64,000 nucleotides of DNA from Guillardia theta CCMP2712 (taxonomy: Eukaryota > Protista > Cryptophyta): NCBI RefSeq assembly GCF_000315625.1, contig NW_005434672.1:1182155-1246154 (forward strand), written 5' to 3'. Every line of letters starts with the position of its first letter. Position 1 is the first letter of the stretch. Position numbers and translations under genes: made by a program. Below, in pieces: positions 1-12,830 of this stretch. The notes under the pieces were generated by a model. That model searched no databases. It saw only the letters and a program-made list of their open reading frames with translations, and was not told where the DNA came from.

Positions 1-239
1 CTATCTTGCCGAGTCCTCCTCCGGAAGGCGATCCTGGCACTGATCTCACTCAGCAGCTCCTGGGGTGCGGCATGCGTTCCTGCCCTTCGCTGGCAAGAAT
101 CAAGTGCTTTACTGGATGGGAGATGAAACATGATCTGTACTCGACCATCATGGCATCCAAAGCATGCCCTCCTTACTAAGTTCGGCAGACTAGTAAGAGG
201 GAAGTCTCACTACTAGTCATCATGATCACTTGACCGTTT

Positions 240-620
240 GAAGGCTCAGCAGTCGTGGTGACATGCCACTGAGCCGCTGACAGTGCCGGCGGGCCGGGCG
301 GCGAGGCTGGCGGAAACTTGAAACCGTCCCCGGACTCCCGAGCCTCTGAGGCTCGCCGGGAGCCCGGGGACGATTTGCTGCTCCGACTGAGCTTGCCATG
401 GTGTCGGACTCGCCGTCGGGCTCCGAGTGGGGTCACCGGGTTGAACCCCGGGTTGAACTTCGGAAACGCAGAGCCGCGCAGGGCGGCGGCACTGCGGCAG
501 GGCCCGGCCCGCCGGGCCGCCGGGCCGCGCAGTCCGAGTCGGACGATCCGGCATGATCATCGGATCGGAGAATTTATAATGAGGCTTTTCGCCCTCGTCC
601 CCGCTAAAGCCGAACGATAA
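240..620. repeat. GC-rich palindrome-word intergenic island
   Basis: Very GC/CpG-rich non-coding stretch made of short palindromes and micro-duplications (tgatca, ccgggttgaac x2, ggcccggccc) upstream of the first gene. Confidence 0.7.
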
Positions 621-660
621 CGGACGCGCCCATGGGGACGTGAAGGTGACGGAGCAGGGG

Positions 661-1858
661 ATGGACGGGGAGCAAGTGGCAGGCGCAGCGGCAGGGGGAG
701 CCCTCCTCCTCCTTCACCTCCTCCTCTTTATCCAGATCCCGATCCTTGGCCATGGGCCTCTGTGGAGCAAGCAGATCTGGGTATGCATCATCAGGAGCGT
801 CAAGCGAGGGGATAGGAGGCCATGGAGTTGGACTCAGGTGGACGACCTCTTATATGTGTCGAGCCTCCCGCGCCAAGTCAGTGAGATAGAAGAGCTACAG
901 GTCCAACTCGCCTCCTCCGCTCCCTCCCTCTGCGCCTGCACTCGGCTCTTGCCCGCCCTGACTGTTTCGCTCCAGAGTCCTCCACACAAGTTGAAGGCAA
1001 TAGTATCGCTAGTGGAGACGTGGGAGGTACCTTTCCTGCATCCCTCTTCCAGTACAGCTGACATCATGGTCAGTTAGCAATCAGCCCAGAACAACTCCAT
1101 GCTCTTGGACTAGAAAGCCTCGTCCTGCCCACTCCAGACTATTCAGCTCCTTCCATGCAGAACATCATCACGGCCGTTGAGTTCATCGACTCCCACGTGA
1201 GTGCAACTGAACAGCTCTGAGTCCCCTGACCTTGCCTTCGCTTTCCTCCTCTCCTGCTTCAGGTCTCACGGGGGCAAGGTGTGCTTGTCCACTGCAACGC
1301 CGGGAGGGGAAGGAGCGTTGTGGTCGCCATCTCCTACATGCTGATGCGACACCAGCACCAAGGGTGGACGCCTGAGGCTGTCTTCGACATGGTACCTCTC
1401 CTCTCGCGTTCTGGGACGCTGAACCTCTGACACGTGGGCAGATCAGAGCCAGGCGGGCCGTCGCCGCCATGAGAGGGCTCGGGGGTATCAAGTCGCAATG
1501 GCGTGAGTGTTGGCGAGGCGTTTGCTTGTCCCCTCACCTGCTGTCTGCAGATGCCGTGAAGAGATTCCAAAGGTATCTGAGGAGGCAGGGAGGCGTTCTG
1601 AGGACCATGGCTCGGACGGAGGCTCCTCAACAGCCCCCCGCGCAAGCATGGACAGTGGATGTCAGCAGTACAGGGGAGTGTGAAGATGCATCGAGAGCAG
1701 AGGAGAGGACGCCGCAAGAATCGGAGGATGGAGAAGAAGCTCGGGTCTTGATAGGAAGGGAGGAGGAGGGGGAGAAGGAGGCAAAGGCACAGGAGGAGGA
1801 GCAGATCGCGTTGCCTGGAGCAGCAGGAGCTGCCGCAGATTCAGACGAGAACGTCTGA
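661..1858 (+). CDS. Dual-specificity protein phosphatase (PTPMT1-like), multi-exon
   Basis: Exon at ~1263-1390 encodes GVLVHCNAGRGRSVVVAISYM (HCxxGxxRS P-loop). First exon has a hydrophobic N-terminus and WTQVDDLLYVSSLP. Short GT-AG introns. Confidence 0.85.
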
Positions 1859-2057
1859 CGTGTATACATAGGGCAGGAGAAAGTTATGGTAACATGTATC
1901 AATGTCTTTTATTCATCGATCGGGTCTAAACTAACGACAAGAAGTAAAAGTCGAGGCTGTAAACATGGAGCTCGGCTTCAAAACTGTGAACGCCACTCCG
2001 CTCCTCCTTCCTCTCGCTTCAAACTCCCTTCTTCCCCCCATTACATTTTCATCCCCA

Positions 2058-4273
2058 TCACGCCGACTCGTTGCTTCCAGGGGCCACGCCTGACGCATCA
2101 TCGCCGGCAGAGATCATCTCGAAGAACTCCCTTTCAACCTGCAGCAAGCACATCAACCACACACTCCCTCAGGTGATGAAAGTGAACCTCCTTCAACTTT
2201 TGCTCCTCCTTTTCTTCGTCGTCTGCCTTCTTGTCTTTCGCCTGCTCTCCTCGTCAGCCACTCTCTCCCCACCTCGCACCGAGCACGACCTGCTGCTGCT
2301 CCGCCTTCTTCGCCGCAAGCCGCAGCTCCTTCGCTCTCGTCTCAAGGTTCTTCTCGCGCTTGGCCTCGCGGTCGAACATCTGAGATATAGAGATCTTCTC
2401 GCTAGATTGAGCCACCGACAGTCCCTGCGGCCGAATGAGCGTCCGACGACTGTCAGATCAGCCGGCGATGCCGCGACTCACCGCGCAGATCTCGAAGAGG
2501 GTCGTCGACCCATCCGCAGCTCCCGTCGCTATCAGGCGTCCTCGCTCCTCTACCCTGAGGGTGTGCAGGGGAATGTCCGTGACCTTGAGAAACGACGGTC
2601 ACTCCCGCACACCTTCCCCTTCTTCTACAGCAAGAGGACCTGGAGGGTGAAGGTCGGATCGTTCTGCTTGAAGAAGTAGTCCCAGATATCAAGAGTTCCT
2701 GCCGTGCAGCTTCAGTATACTCTCACATTACCCTGATCACTGACCGTCCATCTTCGTGGTGAAGAAGACACCAGGTCGAGTTGGGCTCCAGCAACCGTCG
2801 GTGAGGTACGACGCATGGTACTTAGTAGTCATGATGGGAGTCTGCAGGTAGCTTCAGAAGAGGTAGGCGCGCATGACCATGGTTCTTCACCTTGAGGTCA
2901 TCGTTCCAGATCCTTGCGGTCCAGTCGCCGACCGTGAGGAAGTTCTTTGGAAAGGCAGGATGGCGCTGGAGGGCGTAGATGGGGCCGTGGTGACCGGGGT
3001 AGACTGCTCCGATGCGATCACTGCAAGGACGTCACGTCACATCTGGGAGGACAGGTTCAAGTCCCCTAACCTGGGGCTCTTGGACTTGCGCTTGCAAAGC
3101 AAGACTGTCCCTTGCTCCGTTCCTACCAGGAAGTTGGTCGGGCCAGCCTGGACATCGTAGCTCAAGGTGACGCCGCCGAGTGTTGGGCCGTCCGTTCCAA
3201 CCTGAGCAGCGAAGGGGGTGAGATAGAGACAAAGGAGGCCATAGAGACTGCAGGTACCTGCAGAGGCATACCCTCCGTTGGTTCTCCTAACTTTCTTATG
3301 TCCCAGAAGAAAAGCTGTCCATCGGTTGAGACCGTCGCACATTCAGTCCCCGTCTTGCTCTGCAGCCAAGCGACATCGTAAACAGGATCGCGATGCGACT
3401 TCTCGATGGGAGAAGATTCGATAGCGGCGGATCCTTTTCTGTCATCCCAATATTGCAGGAGGCCGTTGTAGCAGCCACCGATCATAAGATGAGTTTCCTT
3501 GGGGTTATACTCGATGCAAACAAGCGGAGAAGCAGGGTGAAGCTCGAGCTCAGGGTAGTTGGGGTTGTGAACATCCCAGACGTAAGAGTTCAAAGGCATT
3601 CCTTCCGGTTGCCTTTGAAATTGAAGAATTGCATATGACACCGCCACTTTTCTGCCACCGTCGGGATACCATGAGATGCAAGTTGCCGTTCGCTTGATCG
3701 TGTTGGGATCACGAAAAACCGTCAGAGTCTTGGCTGACGGAGGCTCGCCGGAGTGATCAACAGCATCGCCAACAAAGTACTCCTCGTAAATGTCGATCGC
3801 GTTGTTTTGCCTGATCAAATGCTCCAGACTCTCTCCGAGACCCTTGATAGTCCTGATGTAGTCCTCGTCTTTCTCTGTCTTCTTGATGAAACGGAGGGTC
3901 TGGTCAACCTCACTCGGATCTACATCCTTTGGCCAACCACCTGGTGGAAGTTATTGCGCACGAAAAGTGAATTCCCACAACTTCACCTTCAAGGTGTAGA
4001 ACTCCCTGACTGTGCAGCTCAAACCTCTCGGTGTTGACCTTTGGATAGCGTCAGCACCACTTCACCATCGCAGGCCAGCATCCTCCTCACCTCGTGCTCG
4101 GAGAACTCAGGGATGCATTGAATGCCAACGTCCGTAGGGTTCCTCTCCACATACTCCATCATCATGTCGGGGTTGGGCAAAGTCTCGGACAGAGTATCGG
4201 CCGGCAAGTCTGTGAACTTGGGTGCCCGCCCAAAGTCCTTTCTTAATTTCTGATAAACGTAGACGATTTCCAT
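2058..4273 (-). CDS. DNAI2: Axonemal outer-arm dynein intermediate chain 2 (IC2/ODA6), multi-exon
   Basis: N-terminus [32 protein letters not shown]40 repeats ([28 protein letters not shown]), C-terminus VEREFFEMI with stop at 2058-2060. Confidence 0.93.
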
Positions 4274-4974
4274 CGTGAAATATCCTTATTGGAGAACGAA
4301 AACAGCAACACAAATCTAAGGTGGGTGTTCAGCAGATCCAAGAAGTTCTCAGCTGCACAGGTCCATGGCTCAAATGTCTGCAAACAGAATCAGATTATCA
4401 GAAACTAGTGAAATAGGTATGATCGCTGCGAATTTCATGCGGTATGTCATATGCTTGTGTTTTTGCAATACACGCTGTTTTCAACTACATCATCTATTTC
4501 ACACCATGATCAGCATCAGCGGAAGCATCAACAGCATCATCACCATTGCAGTCCTCATTTTTTCATCGATGTTGCAATCATTATCGCAACATCGATATCA
4601 TCAATCACGCCTCATTCGCCTTCGCCTCCACTTCCCCATCCCCTTCTTCCGCCTCCTCCTTAATTATCCTCTCCCCCTCCCAACTCCCACCAACCAACCA
4701 CTCTCCTCCCTCCCTCCCTCCCTCCATCTATCCCTTCTCCTTCTCATCGTTCTCCCCTCCCTCCTCCCTCCCCCCATCCTCGCGCCTATCCTATCGTCTC
4801 CCTCCTTCCTCTGCATCCGTTGCCATCCCGCCCGTTGGCTACCCACCCCACCCCTAAGATGCTTTAGACCCTACCCTACAAGAATTCTGAAACAATCTAC
4901 AGAGAAAATTAGCCTGTCACCTACCCCTTCAGTCCCACCCCACCCTCCTGTTCCCTCAGATACCTGACAAGCCG

Positions 4975-5665
4975 GAGCCAGTTAGTCTGAGCTGACTCCC
5001 GGCCTCGGAGCCCCGGGCCGCGCCGGGCCCGCCGCCCGCCCCGGCGCCGCCCGCCCGCCTCCGCGGCCCGGCCACCCCGGCGGTCACGGCCCGGGTCGCT
5101 GCGGGTCTGAGACGGTCAACGGCCGTAGGCTCGCCTGAAGTTATGTAGTATACTACTGGGCCCGCATACCTCCAAAAACCGTGACGGCGCCGCCGGGGCC
5201 GCCTCAGCCTGTGTGCCAGTGGTCACTGTCAACTTTGCCAGGCTATCCGATCATGGGCCGCACTGCTCAGTAGTACTAATCTGGCAATGCTCGCGGGAAC
5301 CGAGGCCGCATGATCACATCACATCCTCGGAGTCCGATCGGATCCCGGAGTCCGAGTGTACCGTCTGTATCGGAGGCTTTCCGACATTCCGGCCCTGTGG
5401 GAAGCCTCCGAAGTCACCGAGTCACAGTGACGGTCACTGGCAATCGGATGCCGCCCTCCGATCACCGCCGGCGGGGCCGGCCCGGCCGCGGCGCCGAGTC
5501 CGATCACGGCGGCAGCGCCCAGGGCTCATCCGAGTCCAGGGGCTCATCGCAGGGATCATCCGACGGTCCAGGGGCTCATCTGAGAGTCGCGGGCCGGGCC
5601 GGGCCCGCCGGCCCGGCGGGCCGCGCCCGGGCTCCTGATCGGCCGGGCGGGGGAACGAGCGGGGA
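4975..5665. repeat. GC-rich palindrome-word intergenic island
   Basis: Dense short palindromes (gtcacagtgac 5421-5431, gtgacggtcac, tagtacta, tgatca, ccggccgcgg) between divergent DNAI2 and REXO4. Confidence 0.7.
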
Positions 5666-5711
5666 TGAGGGCAAAGTTGTTTCGGAAATCTCAGCTCACG
5701 TGCTTGACGTC

Positions 5712-6778
5712 ATGGTGGGTCGGCGCAAGGAGGAGCAGCTGCTGAGGCGCTCGCGGCGAACCCATGGGCTGCTGTGGTTCCTGCAGAAGTGCGCGAGACC
5801 GAGGAGGAAGCAGCAGAGGAGGGCAAGATCCGTTGTGTTGCAGGAGCGGGACGCTCCTGCTGTGTCGAGGTGTATACACCAGGCGGAATCAGGATCCTGG
5901 CAGGACGACACGGAATCGACAACATCCTTCCTCTCTGAAGCACCGACAGAACCTTCCTCTCACGAAACTCACTCTCTGAATCACAAGTTTGGTGAAGAAC
6001 CCTCGGAGTCTTGTGTTCTGGGCAATGTGCGAGTGAAGTCGCGGGAAGCAGCCAAACCAAGGACTTTTGGGCACTGTGTAGCGATTGATTGCGAGATGGT
6101 CGGGGTTGGGAGAAGTAATAAGAGTGCTCTGGCAAGAGTAGCCATTGTGGATGAGAATGGATCATGTCTTCTCGATGAGTACGTGAAGCCAACTGAAAAA
6201 GTGACCAACTATCGTACACGATGGAGTGGGATTCGACCCAGGGACCTTGTGAAGGCTCCCAGCTTTCAGGACGTGCGCCAGAGGGTTGTCAACCTCATCA
6301 GAGGAAAGATTTTGGTCGGGCATGCCATCCACAATGACTTGAATGGTGAGCTGACCTGACGGTCGTTTGGTTCCTTGACTCTTAACGCAGTGCTCCACGT
6401 TTGTCACCCCCCTGGGCTGATCCGGGACACTTCATTCTACGTCGGTCTTCGCAAGGAGCTGGCTCAGGCTTGTTCTCAGGTGTTTTGGCACTTTGGTCTT
6501 GTCGTGTACCTCTCTGACTTGGTAATAGTATGACGCTTCACGGCCTCCTAGTCTAAAGCAACTCAGCCGCGATATTTTGAAGGCAGAAATTCAGGTGAGG
6601 ATCGGAAATCTGATTTGTCCATGATTCAAGAGTGTCCTCCCCACACTTCAAGTGAGACTTTGCCATACTGAAATGAATTGCTCTCAAGGTGGGTGAGCAC
6701 TGCCCAGTGGAGGACGCACGGTACACGATGAAGTTGTATCAGAGACACAGGCAGACGTGGGAGGATTCACTTGTTTGA
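5712..6778 (+). CDS. REXO4: RNA exonuclease 4 (DEDDh), multi-exon
   Basis: CVAIDCEMVGVG...ALARVAIVD...VTNYRTRWSGI...ILVGHAIHND; last exon encodes EHCPVEDARYTMKLY. Confidence 0.88.
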
Positions 6779-6979
6779 GGGCGTCATGTTGTTTATGAGA
6801 TAAAACCTTTCGAACTTGCAACCTTCCTTCAACAAGAATACGGACATGATTCTCGGTCATCCCTTACATCACTAGAAAAGTACATTTCGACCAGGGTAAA
6901 ATTGTTGGCGACAAGTCAAAACAAGTCCATGCTGACGGAATAGGATAGGGCTAAAGAGACAAAATAACAAGTCTAAGAC

Positions 6980-7751
6980 TCAACTGGTGATGACCTGTGC
7001 TTCTGGTTTCACTTCCTCCAGCACAGTCTCCGAATCATTGGTTTGTTCACCACTGTTCCCTTCCTCGGAATAGGCAGCATTACAACTATCCCACTCGATG
7101 AGGTATCGAGTGACTCGTGGCTCATCGGTCAAGATCAGTCGCTCCAACAGCGCAGGATCAGGACGTTCAACCTGCGGTGGCTCCTCTCGCAGCTTCTCAT
7201 CAGTATAATCCACCTTGACGTAGTAACCAACCCTCAGAAACTCCTTGCCTTTGTACAGCGCCTGCACCATGACTACAGTGACACCCAAGACCTCGTCGGC
7301 AGGAATCTTGTCGGGGTTTGGACCATCGCAGATGAAATCGAAGGAGTTCAACCCGAGCTCTGGGGGGACGTCCACCTCTTCCAGAATCTGATCATGAACT
7401 TCGTTCTTTGCTGAGCCTACCCAAACGATTCTCCATGCCAAATCTGCTCAAAGCAAGGACAGGGTGTTAGACACGGGCACACCTGAGCCATTCCCACTCT
7501 AGGATAGACAGCACTGGGATCTCTACATACTCATTTCGCAACAATCGAAACAGCGGCAACTTTGCCTGCACAAAGGGGGCATTCGCAACAAACAACCCAT
7601 ACATCGCCCACTTCAAGAAGAACCACCAAGTTTATCACACACCTTGCTCTGGTTTGATCTTGCATTGGAAGGTGATTGAAAACTTGAGCTCGTCTGTCAA
7701 GCGCGCCCGCGGCTCCGACACCTCCACAGCGACAACATCAACGTAGGACAT
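6980..7751 (-). CDS. ASF1: Histone chaperone ASF1
   Basis: MSYVDVVAVEV...KFSITFQC in exon 1; WRIVWVGSA...DQILEEV, EFLRVGYYV and EPRVTRYLIEWD in exon 2. Confidence 0.9.
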
Positions 7752-8378
7752 TTCCTCAGCTATCTCGCTCCGCCGTCAGCCTTTCAATACCTACATGTGG
7801 GTAGGGTGGTACAAAACACTGGGTACTTTTACCTCATAAAGTCTTCAAGGGGTAGGGTCAGTGGTGAATTTGGAAGGGTAGGGGGTGGGAAACCAAGGTC
7901 TGGGCTCTTCAAATTTGGCGGGAACGAGACTCGATTACCAGGAACCCGGTAAATAAAAAATACAGCAGTATGAGCGCAGAGTGAGAGCTTTCAAAGACGG
8001 TGCTCAGATCAGGCGCAGCGGCGAGGAGAGGGATGGAGGAGGAGCGAATCCTGAGTGGATGGTGAAGAGGACGGTGCTGGAAGAGGAGGAAGGGAGATCT
8101 TGAGGATGTGCGATGGGCAAACGTACAGCAGAGCCTGACTTGGAATCATCAGCTCCGTCGTCTTTCAGGATATTAGAAAGAGTTTCGGGAGAGAGAAGCT
8201 GCTATCATGCCAATCCTGACATGTAGGTCTGAGAGGAAGTAGCAACATGACAAGGATGAGCAAACAGCAGGATGTCACAACGAATACAAGATGGGCAACT
8301 AACGACCGGTGACCCGAGCAACGTTGTCTTTGCCATGCTCAACAAGTACCATTCATCTTACAAACAACATCTTCCCAG

Positions 8379-9537
8379 TCAATCTTCGGGGAGACAGCGT
8401 ACTCCTGTCATATCCTCCATTCTCTTCCACAGCTTCAGCCTCTGGTCCTTATCATAGCACGGCCTCGAGGCTTTAGTCTCGCGCCCGCCCACAAAGTACA
8501 ATCCGCTCTTCCCCTTGAGCCTGGCAGGAAGGAATCAATCCTTGTCATAGACAGACCTCCACCAACAGACTCACGAGGCGTCTGTAGCCAGGTTGAACTC
8601 GTTGTTGGCTCGCTCAACGTCGATCCCACACATCCCCCAACCCGCCAGGAGCATCTTGGTGTTAACGGTCCCAGGATCCAGCGTGTTGACAGTGACGTGC
8701 GGGTGTCGCTTCTTCATCCTCTCGGCCAACTCTATGGCGTGCATGGCGTTGCAGAGTTTCGACAGAGAGTATGACCTGAACGAGAAATCAGGCCCTTCTG
8801 AAGGAGGAGATTCTGCTGACTTCACCCATGGCTGCTGAACCCTTTCTCCATGTTGAGGTTGTCGAAGTCTATGCTGCTGCCTGGCATCATCGCCGTCACG
8901 GGTCCTGGACGACACAGATATGCACCATCATTACCTTGGCTGATGGAGGACGTGATTATGATCCTCGGCTCCTCCGCCTTGGCGACCGTGTCCATCAATA
9001 GGGTGGTAAGGAGGAATCCGGCGAGGACGTTAACTTGAAAGGTCATTTCGAAACCATCCACTGTCTTCTTCATACTCTCCTCGTAGACACCTGTATGAAG
9101 GAAGAATCAGTATCAGAGTCGGATTCATGCTGATCACAGAAACCTGCGTTGTTGATCAGAACGTCGATGCACTGGTACTTGGAGGCTATCTCGTTCCCGA
9201 GCTTACGGACATCGTCCAATCGCGCAAAATCGGCCTGGAATGATTGGAGATGGGCGTTGGGACACTTTGATTTGATGAATGCGAGTGCATCTTCGATCCT
9301 CTTCGGGTTTCTCCCATGGATGATCACTTCGTAGCCCTCTTGCGCCAACTTTAGCGCAGTGTGACGGCCGATGCCATCCGTGCTTCCAGTCACCAGGGCG
9401 ATCTTGTTCAGGCTGGAGCTCATGTGAACGGACATTCGTGATGCTGTCCTGGTGGAGGAGGTTCCGGCAAGGGAAGGAGAGAAGGCTGACGCGTGCGAGA
9501 GGGCAACGAGCAAGCCTGCTGCCCGCAGCCGATGCAT
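8379..9537 (-). CDS. Short-chain dehydrogenase/reductase with bipartite plastid-targeting presequence
   Basis: Signal peptide ending ASA|FSP, Ser/Thr/Arg-rich transit peptide, TGSTDGIG, NNAG and YSLSK catalytic motif. Confidence 0.88.
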
Positions 9538-9818
9538 TACCCGCGGCGTTCTGCCTGGTGTACCGAACGGTTGCATTCCCGTTATGATATTGAGACGGTT
9601 ACACATTTTGGTCAATTCGTTATTTCATACTTTTTGTACCGCCGAACGTGTAAAACCGGGTAGGGTGGACAAGGAGATGGGTAGGGTCACCAAAATACCC
9701 CCACCCCTAATATATCACATCTTTACCCACTTCTTCCTCGTCAAATCCAACCCCTTTTATCACCCCACCCCCTCAATTAGAGCACGAATCTCGATCACCT
9801 TCCTATTCTCCAACAGCC

Positions 9819-10752
9819 ATGCTCGACATAGGCGGATTCTTGGGCGTCTTTCATGGCGGCAACGGCAACATCCCCACGCTGGATGGGCATGCTGTGCTCA
9901 ACGAGCCATCTCCTGGGTGATGGATTGTTTCCTTGACTCACCAATCCTGTATCGAACTTGTCCTAGTACCATGAGTCGATTTGTGCTGCCCTGACCTCCT
10001 CTAAGTTTGCCCTCGTCTCCCCTGCGCTTTCTTGAATTGTTGAAGACTTACAATCATGGTAGGCTGCATACCGACGGTAGTAGCAACATGATTCTGAACG
10101 ATAACAGTGGGACTGGGGCTGAGGGCACGGGCTCGGACGATTCTTCCTACTGCCCCTCCTCTCCGCCTTTCTCGGGCTCTCCCTGGGTGGTCCCAGCGCC
10201 CTCACATTGGTATGCCAACAGCACGGGCGTGGAAATGAATGTCTCCAAGGAGCTTGCAGTCGCACCCACAGTCGTCTTCACTAGCGACAAGGTAGGCGCT
10301 TGACTTGAAGCTTGCTCTTCCCAGTTCACCCCTCCTGCCAGGTAGCTCAGGCTGAGGAGGCTCCCCCCCGTCCGGCGAAGGAAAATGGCCAAGAATTTTC
10401 GATCCCTATTGGACTCGGATCGATCCGCTGCAAGGGCACCGGTGCAGAGCTGAAGATGTTTGAGGATTTCGCGACCAAGTTCTTCCAAGGCAGCCAGAAT
10501 CAGAAGGAGGTGAAAGGCAACGGGGTCAAACCCTCGCCTGGCCATCTGGTGCTCTGCGGGAATGCCCTTGCACTTGGAGCTCTCACTGCCGTGTGGAATT
10601 GGAGTGGGAAGAAGCTGAGTGGTGAGTTCGAGGAGGACAATCAACTGGCAGATGACTTCGCATCTGTGTCCTCGGATGCTGCCAACTCGGTGAGTCCAAT
10701 CGGAGGTTACATGCTACGCCAGCATGTTTTTGCGACCAAGGAGTCTGCGTAA
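9819..10752 (+). CDS. Hypothetical protein, multi-exon
   Basis: ATG at 9819 (MLDIGGFLGVF...), ORF pieces separated by ~50-nt GT-AG introns; no recognised domain. Confidence 0.5.
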
Positions 10753-11129
10753 GGTACGAGCGATCGAACAGGAGCAACTGTCAGCTCAGATCTGCGATAT
10801 GAACACCCAGATGCGTCAGATATACTGTCAGGGTTGTTGTAAATTGTTTTGTGTGAATCTAGCAAGAAAAATTGAAGAAAAACAGAAGAAAAAAAACAGA
10901 TCACAACTTGCTCCTTGTCATGCTATGTACAATTTTGACCGTCTCCGGACTATCTTGCCGTCAGCGGTACTCGGCCAACATACCCTTGAGGTCGGAGATG
11001 CGACCTTGCAGTTGCCCACGAGCGAGGGTCGCGGTTCTTGCGGTGGTTGACTTTCTCGATTGCAAGGGGAGGGACTAGGGTGACAGGCACTCTGATCTCC
11101 TAGAAAGCACAGCATTAGATCAGTGCAGA

Positions 11130-12233
11130 CTAGAAGCTTTCGTTCATGGGGGATGGTACCTTCTTTGTGAAACCTGGAGTTTCTCTTTTCTTCCTCAGGT
11201 TGTGGAAGTATCGATCTTGGAACGTGTTCTCGTCCTCCAGAACCTTGTACGTTGACTTGAGGGATTGCAGAGAGCATCGGTTCAAGAATCTCTTGTACAA
11301 GCAAACTATGCGCGAGTCGGGCAGCGAAGTCTCGGCTGCTTTTCCCTCTGGGACAAGCTGCCTGGGCAAACTCGGCATGTCTATCCCCTGCGCGCTCGGT
11401 TTGATGCGTGACATCACCGAAGGAACCTCTCCGGGCCTGAGGCAGAGAGTGCCCGAGTAGATAAGATCTGAATTCTTCCTGAAGTATCTCTTCACTTGCG
11501 TGTCCTTGGTGATCATGGACGTGCGGTCATACTCCCCGCTGTCCACAGTCTTCCTGTCTCGCACTGGAGAGTAGCTTCGTCCGCCGTGCGCTTCTGCTTC
11601 TCGTTGAAAGACCGACTGGATGCGTTCGAACTGCCTGTGCCGCGTCCTGACCCGCATCAGAGCCTCCCCCTGCACTAAGTCGTTCACATCTGTGAACCTC
11701 GTAGTGAGCAACTCCATCGGAATGAAGATGAGCCTTGCATAGTTGTCTACACGAGCCGTGTCTTGATAGGTCTCCTGCTCGGTTAAAGCTTCTTCCCCTA
11801 GCATGTCGCCCTCCACTGCCTGCCCTACCTTCCACTCTTTGTCGCTGGACTTCAGCTGCCGGAAGGCATCTTTGAGGTCCAGCACTTGATCGAAGGCTCC
11901 CTTGGCTATCAGGCTCTGCTGCAGCGAGTCTACATACGCGTTGGAGCTCTTGCGGACAAAGTTCACGGATCCCTTGTGTACAAAGTAGATGCCAGACTTG
12001 TTCACAGCCTTGTTTTGATGCCACAGCACGTTGCCCCGACTGTACTCCACCTGCTGGAACCGAATCCCACTGCTCTCCGCATGTGTGATAGCATCTAGAA
12101 TCCTCGACGCTGGTATTCTGCATCTCTGAAAACATGGCGTCGTTGCCAGAAACTCAGCCACTTCCAGGTGCTCGTGGTTGACCCCAAGGTAGTTCCCCCC
12201 CGCGTTCTTTCTCTTCCCCTGATCCTTGAACAT
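11130..12233 (-). CDS. Cyclic-nucleotide-binding (cNMP/CAP-like) domain protein
   Basis: YSRGNVLWHQNK...GIYFVHKGSV...GDMLGEEAL...TARVDNYARLIFIP matches the cNMP-binding pattern; probable start MFKDQG at 12233. Confidence 0.7.
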   Translation of the reverse strand: MFKDQGKRKNAGGNYLGVNHEHLEVAEFLATTPCFQRCRIPASRILDAITHAESSGIRFQQVEYSRGNVLWHQNKAVNKSGIYFVHKGSVNFVRKSSNAYVDSLQQSLIAKGAFDQVLDLKDAFRQLKSSDKEWKVGQAVEGDMLGEEALTEQETYQDTARVDNYARLIFIPMELLTTRFTDVNDLVQGEALMRVRTRHRQFERIQSVFQREAEAHGGRSYSPVRDRKTVDSGEYDRTSMITKDTQVKRYFRKNSDLIYSGTLCLRPGEVPSVMSRIKPSAQGIDMPSLPRQLVPEGKAAETSLPDSRIVCLYKRFLNRCSLQSLKSTYKVLEDENTFQDRYFHNLRKKRETPGFTKKVPSPMNESF

Positions 12234-12489
12234 GGATCGGTTTTGAGGGGGAAAGGAACGTCTGCTGGGAGGTCCGAGAGGAGGAGGGGCATGCGGAGCT
12301 TGAACGGAGACAGGGAAGGAGATACGATGGCCAAGGAAGCCCAGAGGAGGAGGAGGAGGAGGAGGAGGAGGAGAGGGACTGACGGGCCGCCTCCTGCAAG
12401 TTTCCTGCTCATCCCCATGCTGCTGGCCAGCGATCATGGTGACAACGGCAGCTACGGCCCGTGGTACGGTTGCCCAGCGCTGTGACTCC

Positions 12490-12830
12490 ACTGAGTAACT
12501 CGGACTAAGCGGGGCCCCCGGGCCCCGGCGACTCAGTGGGCCGGCGGCCGCCGCGGGGCCGGCCGCCGCAGACGGTCACCGGGCACCAACTTCGCTTTGA
12601 TCATCGCATTCAACTTTGGCACTGATGAGTATGTGCCCGGCCCCGGGGCCATCATGGCATGGCATGCTGATCGGATCTCGGTGACCAACCGTGCGGGCCG
12701 GACTCAGCCGCGGGGCCGCAGTCCGGGCCTCGCCGGCCCGGGCCGGATCACCTCACCGGGCCGCCCGGCGGGCCACTGTGACACCGTACGCCGGGTCCGA
12801 TCGGACGGTCCGTGACTCTGACGGACTACA
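12490..12830. repeat. GC-rich palindrome-word intergenic island
   Basis: ggggcccc, ggtcacc, tgatca, ccgatcgg and ggacggtcc words; borders the mobile-DNA island. Confidence 0.7.

Noticed and set aside
4365-4967. 200-aa ORF upstream of DNAI2
   Set aside because: Low-complexity CAT- and CT-rich promoter DNA with no domain.
5310-5711. Long N-terminal extension of the REXO4 ORF and other ORFs inside GC islands
   Set aside because: They stay open because GC-rich DNA lacks stop codons; the Arg/Gly/Pro-rich translations show no domain.
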